NCBI GenBank assembly: GCA_023261815.1
Contig: JALNKA010000002.1
Location: 140,438-204,437 of the forward strand
DNA: 64,000 bases
From: Candidatus Wolframiiraptor sinensis
Lineage (GTDB): Archaea > Thermoproteota > Nitrososphaeria_A > Caldarchaeales > Wolframiiraptoraceae
Reading direction: 5' to 3'
The notes beneath the pieces were generated by a model, which had not been told where the DNA came from, searched no databases, and was given only the letters and a program-made list of their open reading frames with translations. Positions 55,971-64,000 of this stretch are shown in pieces; the stretch's first letter is position 1; every line of letters starts with the position of its first letter. The position numbers and the translations under genes were made by a program.

Positions 55971-56547
55971 TGGTCTTCACCTCCTCATAGCACCTCCTGC
56001 TCAGCCTAAGATTCATCTCGAGGACTTTCCCGGAGAATCTCTCGGCCAGAACGTCCTCGAGCGTCTTGAGCGATGCCAGCCCTCTCACCCTCAGGAGAGC
56101 TGAGAGCATGGGCACATTGTATATCTCCCGGCTGACCTCCTCGAGCGAGATCCGCCTAGCATCAACCACGTGGAGCCTGTAGCCGCGCTCCCTGGCCCAC
56201 TTCGCCACCTTCTCGCTGTTATCGAGGGACAAGTTCAGCAGGATGTCGCCGCCCTTCTTGAGCCCATAAGAGTAATCCTCGGGAGCCTTGGACATGACGG
56301 GATCTATTATCACGACGATATCCGGTTCATAGATTCCGCAGTGAATCTCTATGGGCTCATCCGAGATCCTGGTATAAGACCTGACGGGCGCGCCGGCTCT
56401 TTCGGGCCCGAACTCTGGGAAATGTTGTGCATACCTTCCCTCGATGATTGCGGCTCTAGCCAGAAGATTGCTTCCCGTGACGACTCCTTGCCCTCCTCTT
56501 CCATGCCATCTTATCTCGATTAACTCCATGGAAGGCATCACCAGCAC
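55960..56547 (-). CDS. porG: 2-oxoacid:ferredoxin oxidoreductase gamma subunit
   Basis: 195 aa, with GRGGQGVVTGSNLLARAA as the typical gamma-subunit N-terminus. Confidence 0.8.
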   Translation of the reverse strand: MLVMPSMELIEIRWHGRGGQGVVTGSNLLARAAIIEGRYAQHFPEFGPERAGAPVRSYTRISDEPIEIHCGIYEPDIVVIIDPVMSKAPEDYSYGLKKGGDILLNLSLDNSEKVAKWARERGYRLHVVDARRISLEEVSREIYNVPMLSALLRVRGLASLKTLEDVLAERFSGKVLEMNLRLSRRCYEEVKTIVG

Positions 56548-56590
56548 CTTAACGGGCTAAACAGCACCTATTTACTATTTAGCATGCGTC

Positions 56591-58057
56591 TTGGATGCGC
56601 GTAGAAGAATTAAAGAGGCGCTGAGCGCGATTAATGGAGGCATGATCGAGGAGTTTGATGCGATAGTTATCGGCGGCGGGCCGGGAGGATATGTTGCGGG
56701 GATTAGGCTCGGCCAGCGGGGCTTGAAAACGCTCTTAATAGAGAAGGATGAGCTGGGTGGAGAGTGCCTGAATAGGGGATGCATTCCCTCAAAGGTCCTC
56801 ATAAGCAGGGTGAACTTATACTGGCTCGCGAGGAACGCGAAGTGGCTTAGGAGCAGCGACTTGGAGGTTGATTGGAAGGAGCTCCAAGCGGTCAGGGAGA
56901 GGATTATCAGGAGGCTGAGGCTCGGCGTAAAATATCTTTTGGAAGGAAATGGCGTGAAGGTTCTCGAAGGAGAGGCGAGGCTGAAGTCCGACCACGAAGT
57001 GGAAGTCAGGATGCGAGATGGATCCTTAAAGTCATTCAGGGCGAGAAATATAATCATCGCGATCGGCGGGGAGCATGCTCCATTAAGGGAGATGCCATTT
57101 GACGGTGTCAAGGTCATAACATCCTCTCAAGCACTCGAGCTTCAGGAAATCCCGCGGAGCCTGCTGATAGTAGGAGGAGGCGTCTCGGGAGTCGAGATAG
57201 GGACATTCTACGCGAAGCTCGGAACAGAGGTGACGATCGTGGAGATCACGGATCAGATCCTCCCGGGCGTGGAGAAGGATCTCGTGGACGTTGTCGAGAG
57301 GAGGCTGAGGAGGCTGGGCGTCAAGATATACACGAGCTCGAAGATCACGTCTTCCAAGGTGTCAGATGGTGGGGTCGAGGCGATTGTGGAGACGCGGGGC
57401 GGCGAGAGCCTTGAGGTGAGAGCAGATTACGCGATGATCGCAGTTGGCAAGAGACCCGCATCCGAGAGCATTGGCGCGAGCAGTATCGGTATAAAGCTCG
57501 ACGAGAGGGGATTCATACGTGTTGATGATCATATGGAGACCAGTGTTCCGGGAGTATATGCTGTTGGCGATGTTACGGGGCCGCCATTCCTAGCTCACCG
57601 TGCATCGTATCACGGAATGATCGCCGCGGACAACATAGCTGGAGCGGAGGCGAGCATGAGGGATGTCGTGATCCCATCCGCGATATTCTCAGACCCGGAG
57701 ATAGCTTACGCTGGCTTGACGGAGGCGGAGGCCAAGGCGAGGGGCATAAAGCCTAGAGTCGGCAAGTTCCCGTTCACCGCCTCCGGTAGAGCGGTCGCCG
57801 AGGAAGCCGCGGACGGGTTCGTGAAGATCATCGCGGACTCCTCCACGGAGGAGGTCGTCGGATGCCAGATGGTTGGCCATCATGTGACCGAGCTGATCTC
57901 GGAAGCCGTACTAGCGATCCAGAATAGGATGAGGCTCGATCAGTTCGCTAAGTGCATGAGACCTCACCCAACGCTCAGCGAAGCCCTGATGGAGGCGGCT
58001 GAGGCCGCGCTGTGGAAACCCATACACATTATAGTTCAGAGGGAGTGCGTCAGGTAG
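56591..58057 (+). CDS. lpdA: dihydrolipoamide dehydrogenase-like pyridine nucleotide-disulfide oxidoreductase
   Basis: FAD motif DAIVIGGGPGGYVAG, redox disulfide GECLNRGCIPSK, NAD motif LIVGGGVSGVE, and C-terminal dimerisation HPTLSE. Confidence 0.8.
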   Translation: MDARRRIKEALSAINGGMIEEFDAIVIGGGPGGYVAGIRLGQRGLKTLLIEKDELGGECLNRGCIPSKVLISRVNLYWLARNAKWLRSSDLEVDWKELQAVRERIIRRLRLGVKYLLEGNGVKVLEGEARLKSDHEVEVRMRDGSLKSFRARNIIIAIGGEHAPLREMPFDGVKVITSSQALELQEIPRSLLIVGGGVSGVEIGTFYAKLGTEVTIVEITDQILPGVEKDLVDVVERRLRRLGVKIYTSSKITSSKVSDGGVEAIVETRGGESLEVRADYAMIAVGKRPASESIGASSIGIKLDERGFIRVDDHMETSVPGVYAVGDVTGPPFLAHRASYHGMIAADNIAGAEASMRDVVIPSAIFSDPEIAYAGLTEAEAKARGIKPRVGKFPFTASGRAVAEEAADGFVKIIADSSTEEVVGCQMVGHHVTELISEAVLAIQNRMRLDQFAKCMRPHPTLSEALMEAAEAALWKPIHIIVQRECVR

Positions 58058-58823
58058 TCAATTCTGCCTCCATCAACAACTATCACCTGTCCCGTTATGT
58101 AGCTGGATTCATCCGACGCGAGGAAGACAGCGACTCTAGCTATATCCTCTGGGGACGCGATCCTTCTCAGCGAGATTGTTGCTTTTCTCTTCTCAAGAAT
58201 TTCCCTCAACTCTTCCTCGCTCTTCCCCTGCACGAACATATCCGTTGGGACGAAGCTTGGGGCTATGGCGTTCACGTTTATCCCATATTCTCCGAGCTCA
58301 AACGCTAGTCTCTTCGTCAGCGCGATGATCGCAGCCTTCGTCAGGGCATAAAGAGTCGTCCCGTGGGAGGCAGTTCCAATAGCGGCCGTACTAGCGATGT
58401 TAATTATCTTACCGTATCTCTTCATCACCATATATTTTACCGCCTCCCTGCAGCAGTATATCGTGCCCTTGACATTCACGTCAATCATCCTGTCGAATTC
58501 CTCATCCTTCAAATCCATGATCGAGCCATAATACATGATTGCCGCGTTGTTCACCAGAACATCTATCGTGCCAAATATATTCACGGCCGCCTCTATAAGC
58601 CTTCTAGCATCATCGGGCTTAGAGATGTCAGCTCTAACCATTATCGCCTCGCTCCCATAGGCCCTTATCTCGTTCAGGACCTCTCGTGCCCTATCCTCGG
58701 ATGCAATGTAATTCACGCACACTTTTGCACCCTCTCTCGCGAACTCCAGCGCGATTGCTTTTCCTATCCCCCGCGAGCTACCTGTAACTACGGCCACCTT
58801 ACCATTCAGCCTGCCGGCCATGT
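58036..58823 (-). CDS. SDR-family oxidoreductase (FabG-like)
   Basis: TGSSRGIGKAIA cofactor motif, NNAA, and the YxxxK catalytic pair (YALTKAAI). The start was re-set to MAGRLNGKVAVVTG. Confidence 0.8.
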
Positions 58824-58858
58824 CCAGGCAAACACAAGTCGTGCATGAGTAATTAACT

Positions 58859-59536
58859 TTACCGCCATTTACTCGATGGACAGATTTCCAAGAAGGGACA
58901 TTGAGAGCATCTCGGATTTCTTGCAACACATATTCTTCTGCCAAATTCTATTAGGGCTAAGTGTGCTAAGATCCTCTTCTCAGGCTTAACCGATGACTCG
59001 AGCTTGAATTTCAGGGACTCGTAATCTTCCTTCTCGCCGGCTATCCCGAGCCTTCTCATAACCCTGAAGATGTGAGTGTCTATGGGGAGTATCTGCTCAT
59101 CTCTGGCGAACATTAGGAAGACGTCGGCGGTCTTGGGGCCAACCCCCTTCAAAGAGGAGAGGATCCTCCTGGCCTCAGGGTAGGGCATCGAGAGAACTCT
59201 CTCCAAGTCGATGTTCTTATCGGCGATTTGGCGGGCGATCAGCTTAATCCTCGGAGCCTTCATCCTCCAGAGGCCGGCGGGCTTAATCGCGTCCTGGATT
59301 GACTTGAGGCTCGCTGAGGCAACCGCCTCGGCGCCGCTGAATCTCGCCCTGAACCTCTCCATGGCCGCTCGAACATTCCTCGTGCTTGTCTTCTGGGATA
59401 ATATTATCGCGACGAGCGCGTGAAATGGGTCATCAATTTTCATGCGTGCCGGATCGGGGCGAAACATCTCGATAACTCTATCCACTATCATCGAGATCCT
59501 CTCGCGCATTTCATTCGAGAGCTCCACGCCGCTCAT
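58859..59536 (-). CDS. nth: endonuclease III (HhH-GPD DNA glycosylase with 4Fe-4S)
   Basis: HhH LKGVGPKTADVFL, catalytic Asp, and C-terminal CVARNPRCSQCPFLEIC cluster. Confidence 0.8.
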   Translation of the reverse strand: MSGVELSNEMRERISMIVDRVIEMFRPDPARMKIDDPFHALVAIILSQKTSTRNVRAAMERFRARFSGAEAVASASLKSIQDAIKPAGLWRMKAPRIKLIARQIADKNIDLERVLSMPYPEARRILSSLKGVGPKTADVFLMFARDEQILPIDTHIFRVMRRLGIAGEKEDYESLKFKLESSVKPEKRILAHLALIEFGRRICVARNPRCSQCPFLEICPSSKWR

Positions 59537-60666
59537 CCCCTAATAATCACCCTCCGCTTGCACGCACCTTTAACAAACTCGCGGAGCTGAGTTATCCTCA
59601 TTTTTGGCCCCCTCGCTGCCATAAGCATCTCGAAATCGCTGATCACCACATTCTCCAGGCTTACGTCATATTTTGCCGAGAGCTCTCGCAGGCCACGCTC
59701 ATCTATGTCCGGTATCCTGCTCACGTCGCCGCATGGCCCGAGCCCGCAGGCAGCGCAGCCGAGCCCATGCACCTCGACGCTCGCCGCGCACGCGGATGGA
59801 TAAGCCCTCAGGCCCAGCTCTTCCGCCAATCTCGTGATCCTCCTCTTCACGTCGCCCATTTTGAGGGTTACCTGCTTCCCGGGCTTAAGCTCTCCAGGAA
59901 TCCTTCTCATGATCTCGCCCATGTGAGGATACTTGGCAGCCCTAAGCCTCTCAATTATCCCCCTTGTAACCCTCATGGAGCCCAGCACGACGCCGGCGGC
60001 GCCAGAGTCCAAGGCCCTGGCTAGAATATCCTCGAGCTCCCTCTCACTGAGCCCCGGCAACATCGGTCTCAAAAATAGGCAAACGTGGACGCCATGGCTG
60101 GATAGCATTCTAATGGATTGGAATCTCTTCTCAGGATCCGGGGCACCGGGCTCGAGCACGCCATGAAGGCTCGTGGTCACGATCGTCACGAGAGCGCTCA
60201 AGCGATCTGGCACCGATCCGAGCCTTGCGGCGAGCATCTCATCAATCCAAGCCTTCGTCGAGAACTGGATCGGATTCCCGAGGAGCCGAGCAACGGCATC
60301 GAGATACTCGAGGGCCTTATCCGCTGTCTCCTCCATGAAGGGCTCGGTCACGGATCCGAAGGCCATGAGCGTTCCGTCGCCCCCAGGGGCCACGGAGGGA
60401 TTCAGCGCGAGCGCGTAGGCGAGCTGAAGCCCGGATAATGGATACGGCCTCGGAGCCCTGGAGAAGCCCATGTCGTATATGTAGCAGTAGAGGCAGCCGA
60501 ACTTGCATCCGAGCCCCGTATGCACTGTTAAGCCGCATGGCCTTGGAAGACGCCTAGCATGAGGATCTCGCCTAGCAGACTCGAGCTCACGCTCATCGAG
60601 CGTGCTTTCCAACCTCGAGACTAGCTCGAGCTTCCTCTCCCAAGCATCAATCAAGTCGATCATCAT
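59533..60666 (-). CDS. radical SAM protein, SplB-like (spore photoproduct lyase/DNA repair photolyase family, COG1533)
   Basis: CKFGCLYC fits the CxxxCxxC motif. 377 aa. Overlaps nth by 4 bp. Confidence 0.7.
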   Translation of the reverse strand: MMIDLIDAWERKLELVSRLESTLDERELESARRDPHARRLPRPCGLTVHTGLGCKFGCLYCYIYDMGFSRAPRPYPLSGLQLAYALALNPSVAPGGDGTLMAFGSVTEPFMEETADKALEYLDAVARLLGNPIQFSTKAWIDEMLAARLGSVPDRLSALVTIVTTSLHGVLEPGAPDPEKRFQSIRMLSSHGVHVCLFLRPMLPGLSERELEDILARALDSGAAGVVLGSMRVTRGIIERLRAAKYPHMGEIMRRIPGELKPGKQVTLKMGDVKRRITRLAEELGLRAYPSACAASVEVHGLGCAACGLGPCGDVSRIPDIDERGLRELSAKYDVSLENVVISDFEMLMAARGPKMRITQLREFVKGACKRRVIIRG

Positions 60667-60777
60667 CAGGGCACCCTGGCGACTGCATGCCGCTTATCCG
60701 CCGTTAAGTCCACGTAAAAATGATGACTCGAAGGGCTAATGTTTTTCCCGATCTAAGTCGGCTAAGACCCGGATAGC

Positions 60778-61599
60778 ATGTCTTGGATGGAGGCGGCTCG
60801 GCTGCTCGGCCTATCGCAGATCATGAAAATCGGTCTCCTCAAGGCGGTGGGCTTCGAGGAGGCGGTTTTGAGGCTACCCGACGGCATGCGGATCATCATG
60901 GACCTTAACCAAGTTCCCGGCGCACTATACAACATACTGCACATCTATTATCACGAGGATTACTCTTTCACCTCGGAGGCGATTCCTAGGCCCGGCTGGA
61001 AGATAGTTGATGCTGGAGCATATCTCGGGGCTTATACGATGTGGTCGGCGCGGAGGGTTGAGCCGGGCGGGGAGGTGGTGGCGCTGGAGCCGCATCCGAG
61101 AAGCAGGGAGCTGCTCCAGAGAACGATAATGTTCAATGGCCTGAGGAATGTCAGGGTTCTGCCATACGCTCTCTCGATTCACGAGGGTAGAGGCAAGCTC
61201 TACTCCCCGAGATATAGGGCTCTGGCATCGCTGAGGAGGGAGCACGCCGAGTACTTCTGCGGAGAAGTCGTGGAGGAGCATGAGGTGGAGTGTGTGAGCC
61301 TGAGAACGCTTCTGAGCATGCTCGGTAGCCGGGAGATCGATCTCCTCAAGCTGGATATAGAGGGCCTCGAATACGATGTTCTAAGGAGCTCAACCGACGT
61401 GCTAGGCCGCATCAAGAGAATTGCCGTCGAGGTTCATCTTGATTCATGCTCGATCCCGGAGCTCGACCAGCTCCTAAGAGACAACGGCTTCGAGGCGATC
61501 ATAAAATTCGATGCGCGCGCCGAGAACCAGGCATTCATAATAGCCCTGAGAAAAAGTTGGGATGAAATGCCGGCGCTCTCAAAGTATGAAAGTTCCTAG
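60778..61599 (+). CDS. FkbM-family SAM-dependent methyltransferase
   Basis: VDAGAYLGAYT glycine motif and LKLDIEGLEYDVL (FkbM-type signature). 273 aa. Confidence 0.7.
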   Translation: MSWMEAARLLGLSQIMKIGLLKAVGFEEAVLRLPDGMRIIMDLNQVPGALYNILHIYYHEDYSFTSEAIPRPGWKIVDAGAYLGAYTMWSARRVEPGGEVVALEPHPRSRELLQRTIMFNGLRNVRVLPYALSIHEGRGKLYSPRYRALASLRREHAEYFCGEVVEEHEVECVSLRTLLSMLGSREIDLLKLDIEGLEYDVLRSSTDVLGRIKRIAVEVHLDSCSIPELDQLLRDNGFEAIIKFDARAENQAFIIALRKSWDEMPALSKYESS

Positions 61600-63047
61600 A
61601 CTATTAATACGAGCTCCGGGATTGGTGGGCTCTTTCTAGGATCGAGCTGGATCGCGTAGAGCGGCGTCCTCGGCTTTACCCCGTGGATCAGCATGCAGCC
61701 GTGCCGGCGGGTTATCTTGAGGTGCACATCCGCTATGGGCGCAAGCCTCTCGATGAGCCATGGCATCGTCGGCTTAACGATCCAGAGCATGAGGCAGCGG
61801 AGAGCCCTTACGAGGTCCTGGGCTGTTAAGAGCAGCTTCAAACCCTCCTCGCCAGCTGAGTGGGCAATCCTATCAACGCCCATGGCCGCGATAGTTGGCT
61901 CTCCGGTCTCCTTCACCAGCCTTAACATTAGTTCCGTAATCCTTCTGCCGACGTCATCGGCGAATCTAAGATCGACCTCTATGACATTGGGCATCTTCTC
62001 GATCACCGCGCCCCTTTCATAGAATATGTGGTGGCGCTCAAAGAATGCTTGCTCATCCACTTCATAGACGCGAAGTGCCTCCCTTAACAAGTCTGGGCTC
62101 ACCCCGCCGCTGGGGATGACCAGCTGATGCCTACCCTTGAGAACGAAGCTGGCCATCATCGGGCCGACGATCACATTATACTCTCTGAAGGTGAGCCTCG
62201 GATCAATCTCCACAAGCACGGTTGACCCGGGCTGATAGCCTCCAAGCTCGCGATCCAGGTCGAGTATGCCGGTCGTATAGGCTCCCGGCGGATCTGGCGG
62301 CGGCCAAAGCTCGGATGACCCGTGCTCAGGAGTCTTCGCAGGCGCGGGTATTCTAGTTGGAGGAATAACCCTAAAGCCATCCTTAATAGTGCAGATCAAG
62401 CGGGGGTTTCGAAGCTCAGCCCCCCTAAGCTTCAGTATCTCCAACCGCCGAATAGGCCTCCTCTCAAAATATCTCCTCCTCAAGCATAGAACGCCATCCG
62501 CGACATACTCCTCGAAATCCGGCGCCTCGGCAAGAGGCTCGCCCTCCTTAATCAATAAAGTCGTGCACCTGAGCTTCTCGAGAATCTTGGAGAGCAGAGT
62601 CTGCAGGAAGATTCTCGCCTCGCCGGGGCTCTTAAACTGCTGCTTAAGAGCCGTGAAGGAGTCTATAACAAGCCTCCTAGCGCCGAGGGATTCCACGCGC
62701 TCGAGCACCGTGTTCACGGACATCGAAACACCCTCCTCAGCCGTCAAGGGAATCCACAAGTGCTCAGCAAGCCCCTCCATCATCAGCCTCTCAAAATCCA
62801 TGCCGAACCTCGAGGCGAGCTGGAGAAACCTCTCCCTACTCTCGCAGGTGGAAACGTAAACCCCGGGCTCACCGCCAACCGAAGCGCCGCGATAAATGAA
62901 AGTCATCCCAAAAACAGTCTTACCGGTTCCAGGGAGCCCGGCGACAAGGATTAGCCCGCCTTCCGGAAAACCCGGAATAATATCATCAAGACCCGGCACA
63001 TGAGTCCTAACAAAAAGCCCCCTCCTACTCACCGCCCGGGCCCCCAA
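61596..63047 (-). CDS. KaiC-like/RadA-paralog two-domain ATPase (paralog of 10645-12069)
   Basis: Walker A GLPGTGKT and Walker B RLVIDSF in domain 1; domain 2 has no P-loop. The C-terminal 50 aa are nearly identical in pattern to the first copy (LAPIADVHLKITRRHGCMLIHGVKPRTPLYAIQLDP). Confidence 0.8.
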   Translation of the reverse strand: MGARAVSRRGLFVRTHVPGLDDIIPGFPEGGLILVAGLPGTGKTVFGMTFIYRGASVGGEPGVYVSTCESRERFLQLASRFGMDFERLMMEGLAEHLWIPLTAEEGVSMSVNTVLERVESLGARRLVIDSFTALKQQFKSPGEARIFLQTLLSKILEKLRCTTLLIKEGEPLAEAPDFEEYVADGVLCLRRRYFERRPIRRLEILKLRGAELRNPRLICTIKDGFRVIPPTRIPAPAKTPEHGSSELWPPPDPPGAYTTGILDLDRELGGYQPGSTVLVEIDPRLTFREYNVIVGPMMASFVLKGRHQLVIPSGGVSPDLLREALRVYEVDEQAFFERHHIFYERGAVIEKMPNVIEVDLRFADDVGRRITELMLRLVKETGEPTIAAMGVDRIAHSAGEEGLKLLLTAQDLVRALRCLMLWIVKPTMPWLIERLAPIADVHLKITRRHGCMLIHGVKPRTPLYAIQLDPRKSPPIPELVLIV

Positions 63048-63289
63048 ACATAGCCTATAACCGCTTCGTCATTCCACTTAACATCGCTTATAGCCATACC
63101 TTAATAGTTTTTTCACGAAAATCGAAGACGAAAGTCTGACTCAGCAGACTCATAAGCGCTTCATCGAATCAAGCTGGGATAACAATTCGCCAAACGTACA
63201 AACCACTTACGGCGAGTTGAATACCTCGAGAGCCTCGATAATGAGAATGTGGAGCTTCACGAGCCGACGCCAGCCATCATCGCGAAAGC

Positions 63290-63675
63290 TCATACCATCG
63301 TAACCGATTTTCCCAAGCTCATCGCCGCTTTGGCCTGCTCACTATCGGCAGTTATCAGCCTATCCGAGCTAACAATATACAGTGAATCGTATATCGTTAT
63401 CTGCAGCTTTAACGATGCCTCAAACGCCTGGCCGAGAAAGTTGGTGGCTCTCTTCACGTCCAATACGTTGAAAAGATCCACCAATTCCCCATATCTCTCC
63501 TCAGCCTCCGCAAGCTTAATCTCCCCTCTCATAAAGTACTTCAATACAGTGTTCGCCACCTCTATCATAGCCAGATCGAGCGTCTCACCATCCTCCAGGA
63601 TTTTCCTACCAGCCTCCTCGTAGTTCTCCTCGCGCATTATCAGCTTGGCTATAACGGATGCGTCAAGCACCATCC
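63290..63675 (-). CDS. vapC: PIN-domain ribonuclease toxin VapC
   Basis: MVLDASVI (Asp4), EVANTV (Glu), YDSLYI (Asp), and a C-terminal Asp. The start was re-set to Met52 of the ORF-track model. It overlaps vapB by 13 nt. Confidence 0.75.
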
Positions 63676-63890
63676 CTATCCTCCCTAATAGCCCTAACAA
63701 CCGAGCCCGCCGGAAGAATTCTAGAAGGCTTCTTCTCCAAAATCCTCCGAACAACCTCGGACCTCTCGACCTCCCTAACCCTTCTCTCAACGAAAGCCCT
63801 AAGCTCCGACGGCCAGTCAACAACATCCTTAAGCCTATCTACCTTCCTCTTCAACTCCCTCGAAACCTTGAAGCTAATCACTTCGCTCAT
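63663..63890 (-). CDS. vapB: VapB-type antitoxin (RHH/AbrB-like small DNA-binding protein)
   Basis: 75 aa. MSEVISFKVSRELKRKVDRLK is typical of archaeal VapB antitoxins. It lies immediately upstream of and overlapping vapC. Confidence 0.65.
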   Translation of the reverse strand: MSEVISFKVSRELKRKVDRLKDVVDWPSELRAFVERRVREVERSEVVRRILEKKPSRILPAGSVVRAIREDRDGA

Positions 63891-64000
63891 GGTAAACCAA
63901 TAGGTATACCAGAAAATAAACTTTTAGATTACTTCGGCCCTTACAAGACTCCCCGAATCCTAGCTTAGATCCCATCCGAGCTTCAAAGGCTTATATCCTA

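Noticed and set aside
60719-60770. Box C-like AAUGAUGA in the gap before the FkbM methyltransferase gene
   Set aside because: Downstream elements are UAAU/CUAA rather than CUGA, and no flanking terminal stem is present. It is more likely a promoter-region coincidence.
63249-63623. Plus-strand 124-aa ORF overlapping vapC
   Set aside because: It is fully antisense to the PIN-domain gene, which has clear catalytic residues, and it has no motifs.
1-64000. CRISPR arrays, rRNA genes, transposases or integrases
   Set aside because: No regularly spaced direct repeats, no rRNA-like conserved blocks, and no DDE, Tyr-recombinase or Ser-recombinase signatures were seen. Both tRNAs abut ordinary housekeeping genes at their 3-prime ends.

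Overview
This window is a gene-dense archaeal chromosomal segment, about 58% GC, and looks crenarchaeal (Thermoproteota-like). The evidence is two minus-strand tRNA genes that each carry an intron in the anticodon loop, putative TATA-box promoters immediately upstream of at least two genes, a GINS-MCM-Hel308 arrangement, and archaeal class I CCA-adding and Ogg2-type enzymes. I found no CRISPR array, rRNA or obvious integrated element.

Main contents by region:
- 6.5-18.5 kb: a DNA-replication supercluster. It contains RFC small and large subunits, Orc1/Cdc6, a KaiC-like ATPase, an intron-containing tRNA, a GINS-like subunit overlapping an MCM gene that carries a 488-aa LAGLIDADG intein, and a Hel308 helicase.
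- 19-22 kb: RNA and nucleotide metabolism genes (PRPP synthetase, a THUMP tRNA methyltransferase, RNase Z).
- 23.4 kb: a candidate C/D-box sRNA in an otherwise empty 345-bp gap.
- 24-26 kb: a multi-repeat cell-surface protein and a cysteine-rich small ORF.
- 27-35 kb: a class I aaRS (ValRS-like) with a deviant HIGH motif, a small repair cluster (PNP, Ogt, Ogg), an SAH/MTA deaminase, and an unusual methyltransferase / D-Ala-D-Ala-ligase-like ATP-grasp fusion protein.
- 35-40 kb: a divergent branched-chain amino-acid ABC transporter (liv) locus, followed by a solitary wHTH-PD-(D/E)xK nuclease.
- 41-47 kb: AsnRS, a Trbp111/CsaA tRNA-binding protein, a Lys/Ala-rich 58-aa basic protein behind a strong TATA box, DNA ligase, Hsp20, and an AN1-zinc-finger/site-2-protease fusion.
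- 48-49 kb: a fragmented MFS transporter pseudogene.
- 49-53 kb: an operon tmk-thpR-cca-kinase-5FCL.
- 53.5-58 kb: a 2-oxoacid:ferredoxin oxidoreductase operon (gamma-delta-alpha-beta) followed by a dihydrolipoamide dehydrogenase.
- 58-64 kb: Nth, an SplB-like radical SAM protein, an FkbM methyltransferase, a second KaiC-like paralog, and a vapBC toxin-antitoxin pair.

The items I think most deserve follow-up are the MT-ATP-grasp fusion, the KaiC-like paralog pair, the sRNA candidate, the acidic micro-ORF, the HIGA-motif aaRS, and the start-codon anomaly of an MBL hydrolase.
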